Positions 31,085 to 41,361 of a stretch of 64,000 nt of DNA are shown piece by piece. The stretch's first letter is position 1. Every line of letters starts with the position of its first letter. A model generated the notes under the pieces. It had not been told where the DNA came from. It made no database searches and worked only from the letters and a program-made list of their open reading frames with translations. Source of the stretch: Desulfosudaceae bacterium (GTDB lineage: Bacteria > Desulfobacterota > Desulfobacteria > Desulfobacterales > Desulfosudaceae); assembly GCA_963674745.2 (NCBI GenBank), contig CAXXDV010000003.1, forward strand, positions 960,001-1,024,000, in the 5' to 3' direction. The translations under genes were made by a program, and so were the position numbers.

Positions 31085-31202
31085 GTCTTTTCATTTTATA
31101 AATTATTGATTTTATAACATTTTAATTATTCAGCCAGACGCTCCGTTGATATATGAACTGCTTGATGTCAACATATGAACAATCCGGTTGACTTTCTGAC
31201 CG

Positions 31203-34004
31203 TTGCTGATAGAATTGATCCCTGCCATGACCAAACGGGACTATTCAGAAGACGCCGCGCGACTGGAAATGGATATGGCCTACAAGGCCCTTGCCAATTC
31301 CGACCGGGAAACCGCGCGCAACCATTTTCGCCATATCCTGGAGCGACTTACTGCCGCCCCTCACGCGGATAACCGCAAAAACACATTGCTGGTAACAGCA
31401 ACACTCGAGCTGTCCAACCTGAATTTCATTCTCGGCAAAGGATTCAAGGAAGCGGTGCCTTTTCTCAAGGCCAGCCTTGAAGCAGCAGAACAACTGGGGG
31501 ACCGCCGGTCACGGGCAATGATCAAGCTTCATCTGGCACGGTTGTATTACTTCTCGAATCAGCGGCAGAAAGCCATACCGGCCTTTGAAGAGGGCAGGGC
31601 CGAAGTCGAATTTCTGGGTGACGATGATATCATGGCCCAGGCATCTGAATTTATCGGCCTTTATTATCATATCCAGGGGCAGTTCCGACAGGCCCTGGAA
31701 TACTTTGAAATCGCGGTAGAAAAATTTGAGTCTACCAAGGGGATTTCGACCACCAACCCCCTGGCACCGATGTGGCTGGGATATTGCGCCGCCTACCTGG
31801 GGCAGTTTCACCGGTCGGTGGGCATGCTGGATTATTACCGCCGCGTCTCCGCGGAACGCGGCGATCTCGCCCTGGCCGCTACCACCCGGGCTGCACTGGG
31901 CATCGTGCTGCTTCAAATCGGAAGAACAGAGGAGGCCGCGACACATCTTTTTGATGTCATCAAATATGCCCAGAAAATCCAGAATGCCCTGGCTGTATAC
32001 TTTGCCCGCGGCGGCATTGCCTACTACTATTTCCTGCAGGGTGATATCAAGGCCTGCAAAAAATATCTCGACCTTACCCTCAAAGACGGCGAAAAAGCCG
32101 GTCTGGTCCGGCAATACACCTCGCCGGAATTTCTTGAAATGGGTTTTGCCCTGTACAAAGCCGGATTTTCCCTGTATTCCGACGGCGACCTGCAGAATGA
32201 AAGCATTCGTATCATGTCGGAAAACAATCTTCATCTGCGGGGCGTCATGCTGCGACTGGCGGCCGTCAGACGGTTTGAGTCCGGGGGGAATGCCGAAGAC
32301 CTTAAAAGAGACCTCCAACTCAGCGCAGACTGGCTGCAGACCGCGGGAACGCCGGTTCAGCTTGCCAGAACCCGCTTTGAGCTTATCCGCATTCATTTAA
32401 AAACCGGCGCCACCGAACAAGCGCGTCAGCTGGCGCAAAAGGCCTGGAGAGACCTGGCCGGATATGGCGAACAATTTTACCCGGATGATTTACGTCCCCT
32501 TCTGCCGCCGACCCAGGATCCGGCCGTTGACGAAACCACGGAGGAAGTGTTTTTCACCCGATTTATCAGTATCGTTCAGGATATAATGCCCGCGCCGGAT
32601 CCGGAAGCATTGCTGACCCGTCTTGTCAAATCCACAAACCGGTATTTCGGGGCGGAAAGAGGGGCGCTGTTCTGGTTTGACAATAAAAATCTTAAAAAGG
32701 CCCCGGTCCTGCGCGCCGCAAGTAACATTACGGATGAAGAGGTGTTTGCCGAGAGGTTCCGATCCAACCTGGCCCTGGTATTCGAAGCCTTCCGGAACAA
32801 CCGTCTGCAAATGATCCGTGGCGGGCAAACGAACCGGGGGGAATTTAAAAACAAGGCGGTTTTATGTCTTCCCTTTGAAATCGAAGGTGAAATCCGCGGG
32901 GTTCTTTATCACGACAATTCATACCTTTCCGATTGCTTCAATTTTCTCAGCGAAACCCAGCTGAGTCGCCTGATCCCGGCGCTCGGTAATTATATCGAAC
33001 ATGCCTGCGGGTTGAGCCGCGGAATCGAGGCCTTGACAGACCGGCCCCTGATTGCATCGGAACAGTCGACCAGGACGGAAATTGTGGGTAACAGCACCGG
33101 ACTGAACAACGTTTTAGCACAGATTGACAGGATTGCCGTTACCGACAGCACGGTTCTGGTTTTAGGGGAAACCGGGGTCGGCAAGGAGCTGATTGCCGGG
33201 CGCATACATGATAAAAGCCCGCGCAGTGACCGGCCCCTGGTTATCATCGACCCTACCAGTATTCCGGAAAACCTTGTGGAAAGCGAACTGTTCGGTCATG
33301 AAAAAGGCGCCTTTACCGGCGCTGACCGGCAGAAAAAGGGGCTCATGGAACTGGCCCACAAGGGTACCCTGTTCATTGACGAGATCGGGGAAATCCCGCT
33401 GTCCGCCCAGGTTAAACTGCTTCGGGCGATCCAGGAAAAAACCTTCATGCGGGTCGGCGGGACACAGACAATTTCCAGCGATTTCCGCCTGGTTGTGGCC
33501 ACCAACAGAGACCTTGTCGAGGAAGTGGCCGCCGGGCGGTTTCGGGAAGACCTGTATTACCGCTTGAATGTCATTCCGATTCTTATCCCGTCCTTAAGAG
33601 AAAGAAAAAAAGATATTCTCCATCTGGCCCGCTATTTTATAAAGCGATACGCTGTCCGCTACAACCGCCCTGAATTTGAACTTGATGAAGAGCAGCAGGG
33701 CGCTCTGCTTGCATATGCCTGGCCGGGGAATATCCGGGAACTCAAGAATATCATTGAAAGGGGCGTTTTGCTGTCAACCGACGACCGCCTGGGGCTTGAT
33801 CTGCCTTTGAGCCCGACCCCGCCGTCAACCACGGAGAATCCGTTCACGGACATGCCCACCCTGGATGAAGTTCAGGGACGCTATATCTCTCATGTGCTGA
33901 GGGAGACAAAAGGGAGAATCGGCGGACCGGACGGCGCGGCCGCCATCCTCGGCATCAACCGGACGACCCTTTACCACCGTATGAAAAAACTCGGCATCCG
34001 CTGA
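31203..34004 (+). CDS. Sigma-54-dependent activator with TPR-like and GAF-like input domains
   Basis: GETGVGKE, ESELFGHEKGAFTGA, FREDLYYRLNV, WPGNIREL, C-terminal Fis HTH; exact start uncertain. Confidence 0.93.
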   Translation: MLIELIPAMTKRDYSEDAARLEMDMAYKALANSDRETARNHFRHILERLTAAPHADNRKNTLLVTATLELSNLNFILGKGFKEAVPFLKASLEAAEQLGDRRSRAMIKLHLARLYYFSNQRQKAIPAFEEGRAEVEFLGDDDIMAQASEFIGLYYHIQGQFRQALEYFEIAVEKFESTKGISTTNPLAPMWLGYCAAYLGQFHRSVGMLDYYRRVSAERGDLALAATTRAALGIVLLQIGRTEEAATHLFDVIKYAQKIQNALAVYFARGGIAYYYFLQGDIKACKKYLDLTLKDGEKAGLVRQYTSPEFLEMGFALYKAGFSLYSDGDLQNESIRIMSENNLHLRGVMLRLAAVRRFESGGNAEDLKRDLQLSADWLQTAGTPVQLARTRFELIRIHLKTGATEQARQLAQKAWRDLAGYGEQFYPDDLRPLLPPTQDPAVDETTEEVFFTRFISIVQDIMPAPDPEALLTRLVKSTNRYFGAERGALFWFDNKNLKKAPVLRAASNITDEEVFAERFRSNLALVFEAFRNNRLQMIRGGQTNRGEFKNKAVLCLPFEIEGEIRGVLYHDNSYLSDCFNFLSETQLSRLIPALGNYIEHACGLSRGIEALTDRPLIASEQSTRTEIVGNSTGLNNVLAQIDRIAVTDSTVLVLGETGVGKELIAGRIHDKSPRSDRPLVIIDPTSIPENLVESELFGHEKGAFTGADRQKKGLMELAHKGTLFIDEIGEIPLSAQVKLLRAIQEKTFMRVGGTQTISSDFRLVVATNRDLVEEVAAGRFREDLYYRLNVIPILIPSLRERKKDILHLARYFIKRYAVRYNRPEFELDEEQQGALLAYAWPGNIRELKNIIERGVLLSTDDRLGLDLPLSPTPPSTTENPFTDMPTLDEVQGRYISHVLRETKGRIGGPDGAAAILGINRTTLYHRMKKLGIR
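33837..34004 (+). repeat. 168-bp direct repeat, copy 1 (3' end of the activator gene)
   Basis: Near-identical to 34715-34882. Confidence 0.95.
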
Positions 34005-34031
34005 CTTCCCGTCTTTTCAGATTACGGTGAA

Positions 34032-34481
34032 TTACGGCAGATTCTCAAGATCATTCAAATCTTTGAAGCGGCCGCTTGCTTTTTTGTTTATTCTGAGGTT
34101 TTCAAGATCGATGATTTTAATCTTCGTATCATCAATGCTGTCCTCAATGCGGGCCATATAGCAGGTTTGAAAATCTACGCCGGAAATTGTTGTCAGGAGT
34201 TCGATTCGTATGGGTGCGTTTCCCATTCGAAGGACCTTGTCTTTCTGGAGAAATAATGATTCTTTAATCTCCGGAAGATCAAAACCGAATTCCTTCAGCA
34301 CCACCACCAATTTCTTTGCGTTCTCCTGGCTTGATCCAATCCAGATATCCAGATCAGTCGTTGCGCGTGGATAACCATGATAGCCGACGGCATAACCGCC
34401 GATCAGCAGATAGTCAACCTTATGAGCGTTCAGCAACTTCAAAAAATCTTTGAAGTCTTGCGGTAGAGATGTTTTGTCCAT
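34032..34481 (-). CDS. Nucleotidyltransferase-family protein
   Basis: LIGGYAVGYHGYPRATTDLD; C-terminal K.ASGR.KD..D. Confidence 0.85.
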   Translation of the reverse strand: MDKTSLPQDFKDFLKLLNAHKVDYLLIGGYAVGYHGYPRATTDLDIWIGSSQENAKKLVVVLKEFGFDLPEIKESLFLQKDKVLRMGNAPIRIELLTTISGVDFQTCYMARIEDSIDDTKIKIIDLENLRINKKASGRFKDLNDLENLP

Positions 34482-34617
34482 AATTTATTCTGCGCATCAT
34501 TTCGATTGCGAAAAAACGATCCTGTGGCGACTGTTGCAGCCAGAAAGTGTGATCGTTTTGTTCATCTCTTAGATTATGAACGGTGAGAATGTTTTTATTG
34601 AGTCGTTCGTCAAGCAT
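34420..34617 (-). CDS. Small protein overlapping the nucleotidyltransferase gene (putative TA-like partner)
   Basis: FWLQQSPQDRFFAIEMMRRINYG...RLQRFFEV; two-gene arrangement. Confidence 0.65.
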   Translation of the reverse strand: MLDERLNKNILTVHNLRDEQNDHTFWLQQSPQDRFFAIEMMRRINYGQNISTARLQRFFEVAERS

Positions 34618-34705
34618 AGATTTTATCAATCCTTAGAAGTATAAGCGGATATTTAATAATAGCAGTTTCCCAGATAAAGTAACAAGAAAATTCTGAATAT
34701 AGAAT

Positions 34706-36682
34706 TCAGCGGACAATCCGTTCACGGACAGGCCCACCCTGGATAAAGCTCAGGGACGCTATATCGCCCATGTGCTGAGGGAGACTAAAGGGCGAATCGG
34801 CGGTCCGGACGGCGCGGTCGCCATCCTCGGCATCAACCGGACGACCCTTTACCACCGTATGAAAAAACTCGGCATCCGCTGATTTTCCTGCGCTCAAAAC
34901 AAACGGTTTAATGTAGTCACAAAACATGGCCCTGACCGCCGGGTTTTTTTCCCTGCTGTAGAGACGCTCAAAAACACCGACATAACCTGTTTTCTTATTG
35001 GAATAGGCCATGGAAGAGACGTGGTCCAGATGGGCGCTGACGCCAAGATGGATGCCGGTTCCGGAAAGCCAGTCGATGAACCGTTCCCTGATACTGATGC
35101 TGCCGTTTGCGGTCGGTTTGGCCCAGGCTTTTCTGCCCGAACAGAGTCCTGTCCGTAAGGCTGTTTTGGTGGAACAGACCCTTTTTAACATGTCGTACAT
35201 CATGAAAAAAGTGACCAGGGGACTGTTTTTTAATGCGTCCGGAATTTCCCGGTTTGACTCCATCAAATCCGATGTGGACAACGAACAGAAATAAGGGGTG
35301 GTTCCCTGCCTGCCGTACATGAATGTGCCTTTTTTTTGGGAGTCTGAAAAGTTTTTCGAGCCCGGCAGATCATTTAATACAGTAGCCTGTAGCGTAATCC
35401 CGTTTTCCAGGCAGAAGTCGGCCACTTCAACCCCGGAGTGATCATCCAGGGCGTTGAAGTAATCATGCGGCAAACCGGTGATAAAGGCCCCGTGGAGACT
35501 GATGCCCTGGTCCTGAATTTTTCTGATCTGCCGGGAATAGTATTCCGGCACGCTCAGGTGCTTTTTTTCAATGGCCCGAACAGCGTTCTTGCCGATCAAC
35601 CGGAGGTTTTCCAGGTTCAGCGATTCCATACCAATGAAAAAATGACAGCAGCCGGATCGCCTCATTTTTTTCATCAGTTTTGGTTCATCGGCGATATCGA
35701 TGGATATCTGGGTAAGGTAATTGATTTTCACCCGTCTTCTGATGAGTTCATCGAGAATCTCTTCCAACCTTTTTCTGCTGATAAGCATGTTATCCGGCAG
35801 AAACACGTAGAATCGATTTTTAAAGTTGACGCCTTCTTTCTGAAAATATTCGATTTCATCGACAAAATCCTTAGGTGAACGGGAGGTGAATTGACGCTGG
35901 TTTTTCGGCACAGCCGAAATAGAGCAGAAACTGCATGAATAAGGGCAGCCCAGGTAAGGCGCGGCCACCCGGGCCCTGGAAATACGGCTGATATATCTTC
36001 CGATGACCGGCAGTTTTTTGAGGAAAGGCGGTTCGACTTCCGGAAGCGGATGAATGTTGTCATTTCCCCATACATTATCTTCAAGCGTAACGGTCCCGGC
36101 ATATTCGGGTTTTAAACAGCGTTGCTTCAGGTCAGCAATTACTTCCCGGATGACATTTGAATCCCCGGGCCCCCGAACCTGGCTGATAAGTTCAGGATGA
36201 GGTACGTGTGGTTTGACAAACCGTTCAATGTCGTCAGGAACCGAGGAGACATGAATGCCGCCGATAATCACCGGGATCTCCCCAAAATTCAGGGCGACAG
36301 TTACCAACACTGCAACGGGAAAATTGGCGCTGATGGCGGTAATAAAAACAGCCCGGGGCTTGTTCCCCTGTTTTTTGATAATATCACGGATTTTCCGCCG
36401 CCGGCCGTCAGCGATGAATATGGCAATATCCTTTTGAATCGCGGCCACCTGATTGGCGATATAATAGGTGGCGTAATTTTCAAAGCCGAAAAACTCGTTT
36501 AAGCCATGCCTGAATTTTGACCTATCAAAATTCAAAAACTCAATATAATTTTCTTTGTTCAGTTCTGTGGCTTTGCGGTTAGTCAGATATGCGAGAACAT
36601 CCGGAAGCGAGGCCGTTTGATTGCCGACCATTCCCATCAGGTCATAAGTGACCGGATTATACATGATATAGTAATCTTGCAT
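34706..36682 (-). CDS. B12-binding-domain/radical SAM protein; last ~59 codons derive from the antisense of the repeat
   Basis: [17 protein letters not shown] (CxxxCxxC), FIGMES, GAFITG. Confidence 0.88.
   Translation of the reverse strand: MQDYYIMYNPVTYDLMGMVGNQTASLPDVLAYLTNRKATELNKENYIEFLNFDRSKFRHGLNEFFGFENYATYYIANQVAAIQKDIAIFIADGRRRKIRDIIKKQGNKPRAVFITAISANFPVAVLVTVALNFGEIPVIIGGIHVSSVPDDIERFVKPHVPHPELISQVRGPGDSNVIREVIADLKQRCLKPEYAGTVTLEDNVWGNDNIHPLPEVEPPFLKKLPVIGRYISRISRARVAAPYLGCPYSCSFCSISAVPKNQRQFTSRSPKDFVDEIEYFQKEGVNFKNRFYVFLPDNMLISRKRLEEILDELIRRRVKINYLTQISIDIADEPKLMKKMRRSGCCHFFIGMESLNLENLRLIGKNAVRAIEKKHLSVPEYYSRQIRKIQDQGISLHGAFITGLPHDYFNALDDHSGVEVADFCLENGITLQATVLNDLPGSKNFSDSQKKGTFMYGRQGTTPYFCSLSTSDLMESNREIPDALKNSPLVTFFMMYDMLKRVCSTKTALRTGLCSGRKAWAKPTANGSISIRERFIDWLSGTGIHLGVSAHLDHVSSMAYSNKKTGYVGVFERLYSREKNPAVRAMFCDYIKPFVLSAGKSADAEFFHTVVKGRPVDAEDGDRAVRTADSPFSLPQHMGDIASLSFIQGGPVRERIVR
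34715..34882 (+). repeat. 168-bp direct repeat, copy 2
   Basis: Near-identical to 33837-34004 with a few substitutions. Confidence 0.95.
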
Positions 36683-36841
36683 TTTTTTTAAACAGCAAAG
36701 CCTGTCGGCCGGCCGCCCCCCTTGTTTTTTGTTAATACAAAGACCTCTTCCCCGAAAGGGCAGGGGCCGTCGTATCTTTAATTGACGGCCCCGGCAGGCG
36801 TCAAACGCTCAAAACAACTAACGCCCCAATTGCATGAAATC

Positions 36842-38296
36842 TTATTGCGGTTCGATACGAACTATCCCGCTCAAAGTGCCCTGCCAGTAGACGTCGTTTA
36901 TACCGATATTACCGGCCATCTGAAGGGTGTCCGAAAAAAGCCCGGAACCGATTTTGGTCTGCTTCATCACCGCGCCGGTATCAGAGTCAATGACGGTAAA
37001 ATAGTAATCATCCGATGTACTGCGTTCCACCGTGTAAATATACTCGTCTGCCGTTGACAATTTCGGCACCGCGGCCGAGCGTACGTTGTTTTCCCAGACA
37101 ATAGTGCCTGAAGCGCATGATGAATCACCGGCACAGTCATTAATATCCACCCGGACCATGCCGCCCACGAAATCGGCGCTTTCCGGAATCGAGTCTTCGG
37201 CACCTTCGGGCAGCTGCGGGTAGGGATACCCATAGGTGGAAGCGACGATAACGGTATTGCCGACGCCAATGGCTGAATTTTCGGTTCCGGAATTCACTCC
37301 TGCCGTAAAGATCGGCTGCTTGCAGACCAGGCGACCGTCGTCAGAATCAAGAACAATAAGGGAAATTTGGCCGTCGGCGTTATCCGTCAGCATGACATAG
37401 TCCGTGCCGGTATACGGTCCAAAAAAGGTCGGGGTAGCGCCGCTGCCGTGGCTCAACTGCCCGGGCTTGCGGGCTGAACCGGCGTCATACGCGTACCGCC
37501 AGGCAACATAGGGCTGGTTGTCATAATCCTGCCATAACAGGTAAATGGCCTTGCTGGTGACAACGGCCGCCCGGCCGTCAACAGTCGTAGAAAAGGAATT
37601 GTCGATCCGCTCGTCATCTCCCAGTTTCAGCCATGAAATGTTCTGCCCGACCGGGGCGTTGGGATCGTATATCCCGACCACAGATTTCTGGGTGGCAAAC
37701 CAGATGGTATCGTCGGCACCGGCGCTGATACTCACCACCGCGTCACAATCGCTGCTGCCGCAATGACCGGTCACGGCGGACAGAAGCGATACGCTTTCTG
37801 CAACGGACAGCTCCCACCAGGTGGAAAACCAGAAACTTTTTTCTTCGGCTTTAACGCGGATTAAATTCTGGCCGCCGTCAACCATAACCAGCCGGTCCTG
37901 GGTATCAAGGCAGGCGTATACACCGCCCAGCAGGCTGCCGGCCTCCAGCGACAGCCGGGCCTTTTCCTTGCCGTTGCGCTGTTTAAGCAGGCGGACGACC
38001 GGATTTCTTCCTAGCATGCTGGTACTTAAAACAAAAGGTTTGCCATCTGACCGTATCAGCATGGTCGGACAGGCGGCCCAGAGCAACCGGGTGACGACAT
38101 CAACATTGGCCACACCCGGCCCGGGAAGCGGCGATGTGTCGGACGAGGCGACATCCCCGTGCATGCTGGATGCGCCGTCCAGTCCTACATAGGGGAAGGT
38201 CGGCGCAACCGTTCCGGTTACGGCCAAGACCGTTTGTGCACTGATAAGCATAATCAGCATAACTACTGTGAACGAAATAATATTTAACTTTTTCAT
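36842..38296 (-). CDS. Secreted hypothetical protein, probable beta-propeller
   Basis: Signal peptide; SMHGD, NSFS, KPGQLSHGSGATPT, TENS motifs. Confidence 0.75.
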   Translation of the reverse strand: MKKLNIISFTVVMLIMLISAQTVLAVTGTVAPTFPYVGLDGASSMHGDVASSDTSPLPGPGVANVDVVTRLLWAACPTMLIRSDGKPFVLSTSMLGRNPVVRLLKQRNGKEKARLSLEAGSLLGGVYACLDTQDRLVMVDGGQNLIRVKAEEKSFWFSTWWELSVAESVSLLSAVTGHCGSSDCDAVVSISAGADDTIWFATQKSVVGIYDPNAPVGQNISWLKLGDDERIDNSFSTTVDGRAAVVTSKAIYLLWQDYDNQPYVAWRYAYDAGSARKPGQLSHGSGATPTFFGPYTGTDYVMLTDNADGQISLIVLDSDDGRLVCKQPIFTAGVNSGTENSAIGVGNTVIVASTYGYPYPQLPEGAEDSIPESADFVGGMVRVDINDCAGDSSCASGTIVWENNVRSAAVPKLSTADEYIYTVERSTSDDYYFTVIDSDTGAVMKQTKIGSGLFSDTLQMAGNIGINDVYWQGTLSGIVRIEPQ

Positions 38297-38366
38297 GCTG
38301 CCCCCCTTTAATCGCTCTTTATCGAATATGACCTTTTTCCTGGTTATTGCTTACCGCCTGATAAAT

Positions 38367-38687
38367 TCATCCCTCGTTGATATATCGCACACCACACCCA
38401 AATCGACGATCATCTCCTTCCTCTATCTGTCTGCACCAACAGACTTCCGCGGGACGATAGTCCCAGGTGTTTAGACCAACCCGATCAGGGGCCGAGGTCT
38501 TTTTTAATTTAATCATAATGTAGTCCCCTGCCTTTAATGGATCGGAATCTTCAAAATACGCCCCCCCCCCTTTACTGTAATTCATCATCAATGTGGAAGA
38601 TAAGATCATCGGCTCATCTCTTAATATCACCACCGGGACTTCACATTTGAATCGAGGGTGCGCCCGATGCTCTTTTTGCTTATTCAT
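38367..38687 (-). CDS. PilZ domain protein
   Basis: RAHPR, NYSKGG, AEVCW, GCGVRY. Confidence 0.8.
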   Translation of the reverse strand: MNKQKEHRAHPRFKCEVPVVILRDEPMILSSTLMMNYSKGGGAYFEDSDPLKAGDYIMIKLKKTSAPDRVGLNTWDYRPAEVCWCRQIEEGDDRRFGCGVRYINEG

Positions 38688-39084
38688 TCAGATATACCCG
38701 TTGTGTTTTTTTAAGAAAGCCGAGCTATTAATATTTTTTCCAATTATCGGCGGATATCTCTATGTGTTTTTTCCTGTTATATTCATCTGATCTCAAAGTC
38801 CAAACAATAACGAAGACTTTTTTCCTTGTCGCCGAAAAGATGTGCTTGCTTTCGAAATATTATTGTTATTCTCAAAGCAAATTCAGTGCCACAGAATTAT
38901 TATTATAACAATTTGATTTTATTTACTTAAAAAATAAACAGAATGGTCTGTGTTGATATGTTGACAATTTGCTGTTCATTATTAAACACTAGGAGAGCAA
39001 AAAGCGATAACCAGCCCCAAACAATACTAATCGTTGGTTGAGATAATTCCGTTTTCATCCTACCCGCCATGCAGGGGCATGAAA

Positions 39085-39257
39085 ACCGGAAGAAAAGCAA
39101 ATTGACACAGGCGCAGTTGGCCAAGCGGTTGAACTCCAGCCAGTCCAGGGTCGCAAAAATGGATACCGGCGATCCCAGTGTTTCTGTTGATCTTTTGGTA
39201 AAATCCCTGCTGGCTCTGGGAGGCGACAAAAATAGCATCGCAAAAGCCATTATCTGA
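39085..39257 (+). pseudogene. 3' remnant of the HTH antitoxin (third copy of the TA unit)
   Basis: Near-identical to 45181-45353 and 46714-46886; 5' part and toxin are missing. Confidence 0.9.
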
Positions 39258-39428
39258 GATTCATTAGCGTACTTTCCTATCAGGTTCGGATTGTATTTCT
39301 CCCAAAGGGAATCCGCAGCTTGTTCATGCGCTTTCTGAGCGTGTTAGTCTGACTTCATCCCGTATTCCGTTGCCAGGACACTCTAATTCTGAACTGTTTC
39401 ATGGCTGTCCCTGGATTTTGCAATTGAA

Positions 39429-41285
39429 CTATTCAAATTTAAACCAATCTATATTACATACGTGATTAGAGTCATCATTAATGAATTCTAATTGAATATT
39501 ATTCATTCCTGCAACAGGATTAATGTCTGTTGTTAATTGATTATAGTCAGTCCAGGTTCCTGTTGATGGCAAATAAATAAAACCGATAATTTCTTCATCT
39601 GTTGTTTTAATGATTATAAAACTGTTGTTCTGCGGCGTTGCATAATTTATTTTGACTTTTGTCGCGCCATTACCAAAATTTACGTTTGCATACACTGAAG
39701 AACTACTATGATTAACCCATCCCAATACACTCCCGGAAACAACAAGGCTGTCATAATCATCACACGCTTCGGCCTGAATAGGAGAGAATGCATCTTTTTC
39801 AGGCAGAGGTGTCAGATCAAATGTTATCCAGTCAATATTTAACAGGTATGAGTCGCCACCTGTAAACACGAAGTCGACATCATGTACTCCGGCGATGAAA
39901 GGGATATCAACTTCCTTGTTAATCCAGTTATGCCACCCGCCGGTATTACCGATTGAGGTTTCCCCTTTATAAATATTATCGATATAAATTTTTACAGTGC
40001 CGCCATGATAATCAGAAGCCAATCTCATATTAACTATGTTGGCGCCACGGCCAAAGTCAATTTTGTTGAATTTAATAAAGTCGTTGTTGTTGATGTAGGC
40101 TACATGTGATCCGCCTGAGCTATATAATCCGCTTTCCAAAAGAATTCCTCGTTGAGCAATATAATCTTCTGCTTCGATTATTGAGGATGCCTCCGTAATG
40201 GATAAAGGGATATTTAATATATCGTAAAGAGCCGCTTCGCCATGGTTTTGATGATAATAAAAATCATTGGACAACTCCTTTATGTAATTGTTTTTTACGA
40301 CACTGGAAAGGTTTGGATTTTTATCGTCGATAGTCGAGTCCAGCCAATCAAAATAGGTCGCTTCATTCCAGACACGCTGCCATTCCCACGAAATATAATT
40401 GAACGCCTTAACACTTTTTCGGCTTCTGATCAGCGAGAAAAACGGATCAAAAAATATATTCCAATCCAGGTCATGGTTTACGCCAACTTTTCTAGGTGTT
40501 ATTTCAGCTAAGATGACCGGCTTATAAAGAATCTCTTCCGCATATCTGAAAAATTCATTTGTATAAGGGTTGTTAAACCGATATGCTTCAAAAATATCAA
40601 TACTCAACCAATCAGGCGGATTGATTTCCGGATACCATCTATTAAAATCTTCCCTGAATTCCCCGGCAAAATTACGGGATAAAAAACATAATACAGTCGC
40701 ATACATTGGATTATCAAGCATGCCGTTATTGTCCATTGCAGTTGTAAATCTATTCCAGAAAAACTTGTATTCAGATTCGTTATATCCCTTGGAATAACCG
40801 GTGTTAATTTCGTATTCAATACGAAAGAGGATGGGAATGTTCAGTGATTTTGCTTTTTTGCAAAAATCATCAAATTGCTGCATATTCGGAATTAATGGCG
40901 CATCATTCCACATTACTGAAATCAGCAGAACAGCGGACGCTTCTTTGAATGCATTAACATTGATATTTACATATTCTTCATCCCATCCGGAGTAAGAGAC
41001 TGTGTTTGTATAACCGCCATCAATGTAGGGCATAATAGAAACGTATATATTATCCAGAACTGCTTTCGCAGAATTCTTCTGCAGTTGATAATCCTCCATA
41101 TTCTTCAAAACAATTTGGAAATTATCATAAGAAGTCGGCACAACCTGCTGCCCCAGTCCATGCAGAACGCCTGTTTCAGGCTCAAGGGCAGCGCCGTAAT
41201 ATGCTCTTTGTGTATAAGGGCTTAAAGAATAAGCATTTGAGGCAGAGATAATTAATAAAAAAATGATAAAAAACAGCCTTTTCAT
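39429..41285 (-). CDS. Secreted GH26-like glycoside hydrolase with two CBM6-like modules
   Basis: Signal peptide; RIEYEIN and ILAE candidate catalytic Glu motifs; IEAE...TGGW..W...NIDW pattern twice; visibly AT-rich. Confidence 0.75.
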   Translation of the reverse strand: MKRLFFIIFLLIISASNAYSLSPYTQRAYYGAALEPETGVLHGLGQQVVPTSYDNFQIVLKNMEDYQLQKNSAKAVLDNIYVSIMPYIDGGYTNTVSYSGWDEEYVNINVNAFKEASAVLLISVMWNDAPLIPNMQQFDDFCKKAKSLNIPILFRIEYEINTGYSKGYNESEYKFFWNRFTTAMDNNGMLDNPMYATVLCFLSRNFAGEFREDFNRWYPEINPPDWLSIDIFEAYRFNNPYTNEFFRYAEEILYKPVILAEITPRKVGVNHDLDWNIFFDPFFSLIRSRKSVKAFNYISWEWQRVWNEATYFDWLDSTIDDKNPNLSSVVKNNYIKELSNDFYYHQNHGEAALYDILNIPLSITEASSIIEAEDYIAQRGILLESGLYSSGGSHVAYINNNDFIKFNKIDFGRGANIVNMRLASDYHGGTVKIYIDNIYKGETSIGNTGGWHNWINKEVDIPFIAGVHDVDFVFTGGDSYLLNIDWITFDLTPLPEKDAFSPIQAEACDDYDSLVVSGSVLGWVNHSSSSVYANVNFGNGATKVKINYATPQNNSFIIIKTTDEEIIGFIYLPSTGTWTDYNQLTTDINPVAGMNNIQLEFINDDSNHVCNIDWFKFE

Positions 41286-41361
41286 CGTTCCCCCCTTTTA
41301 AATGATATTTGACTCTATTTCCCAGAGTAGTTGAACGAAGCCGCTGACAACAGGGTTTCGA

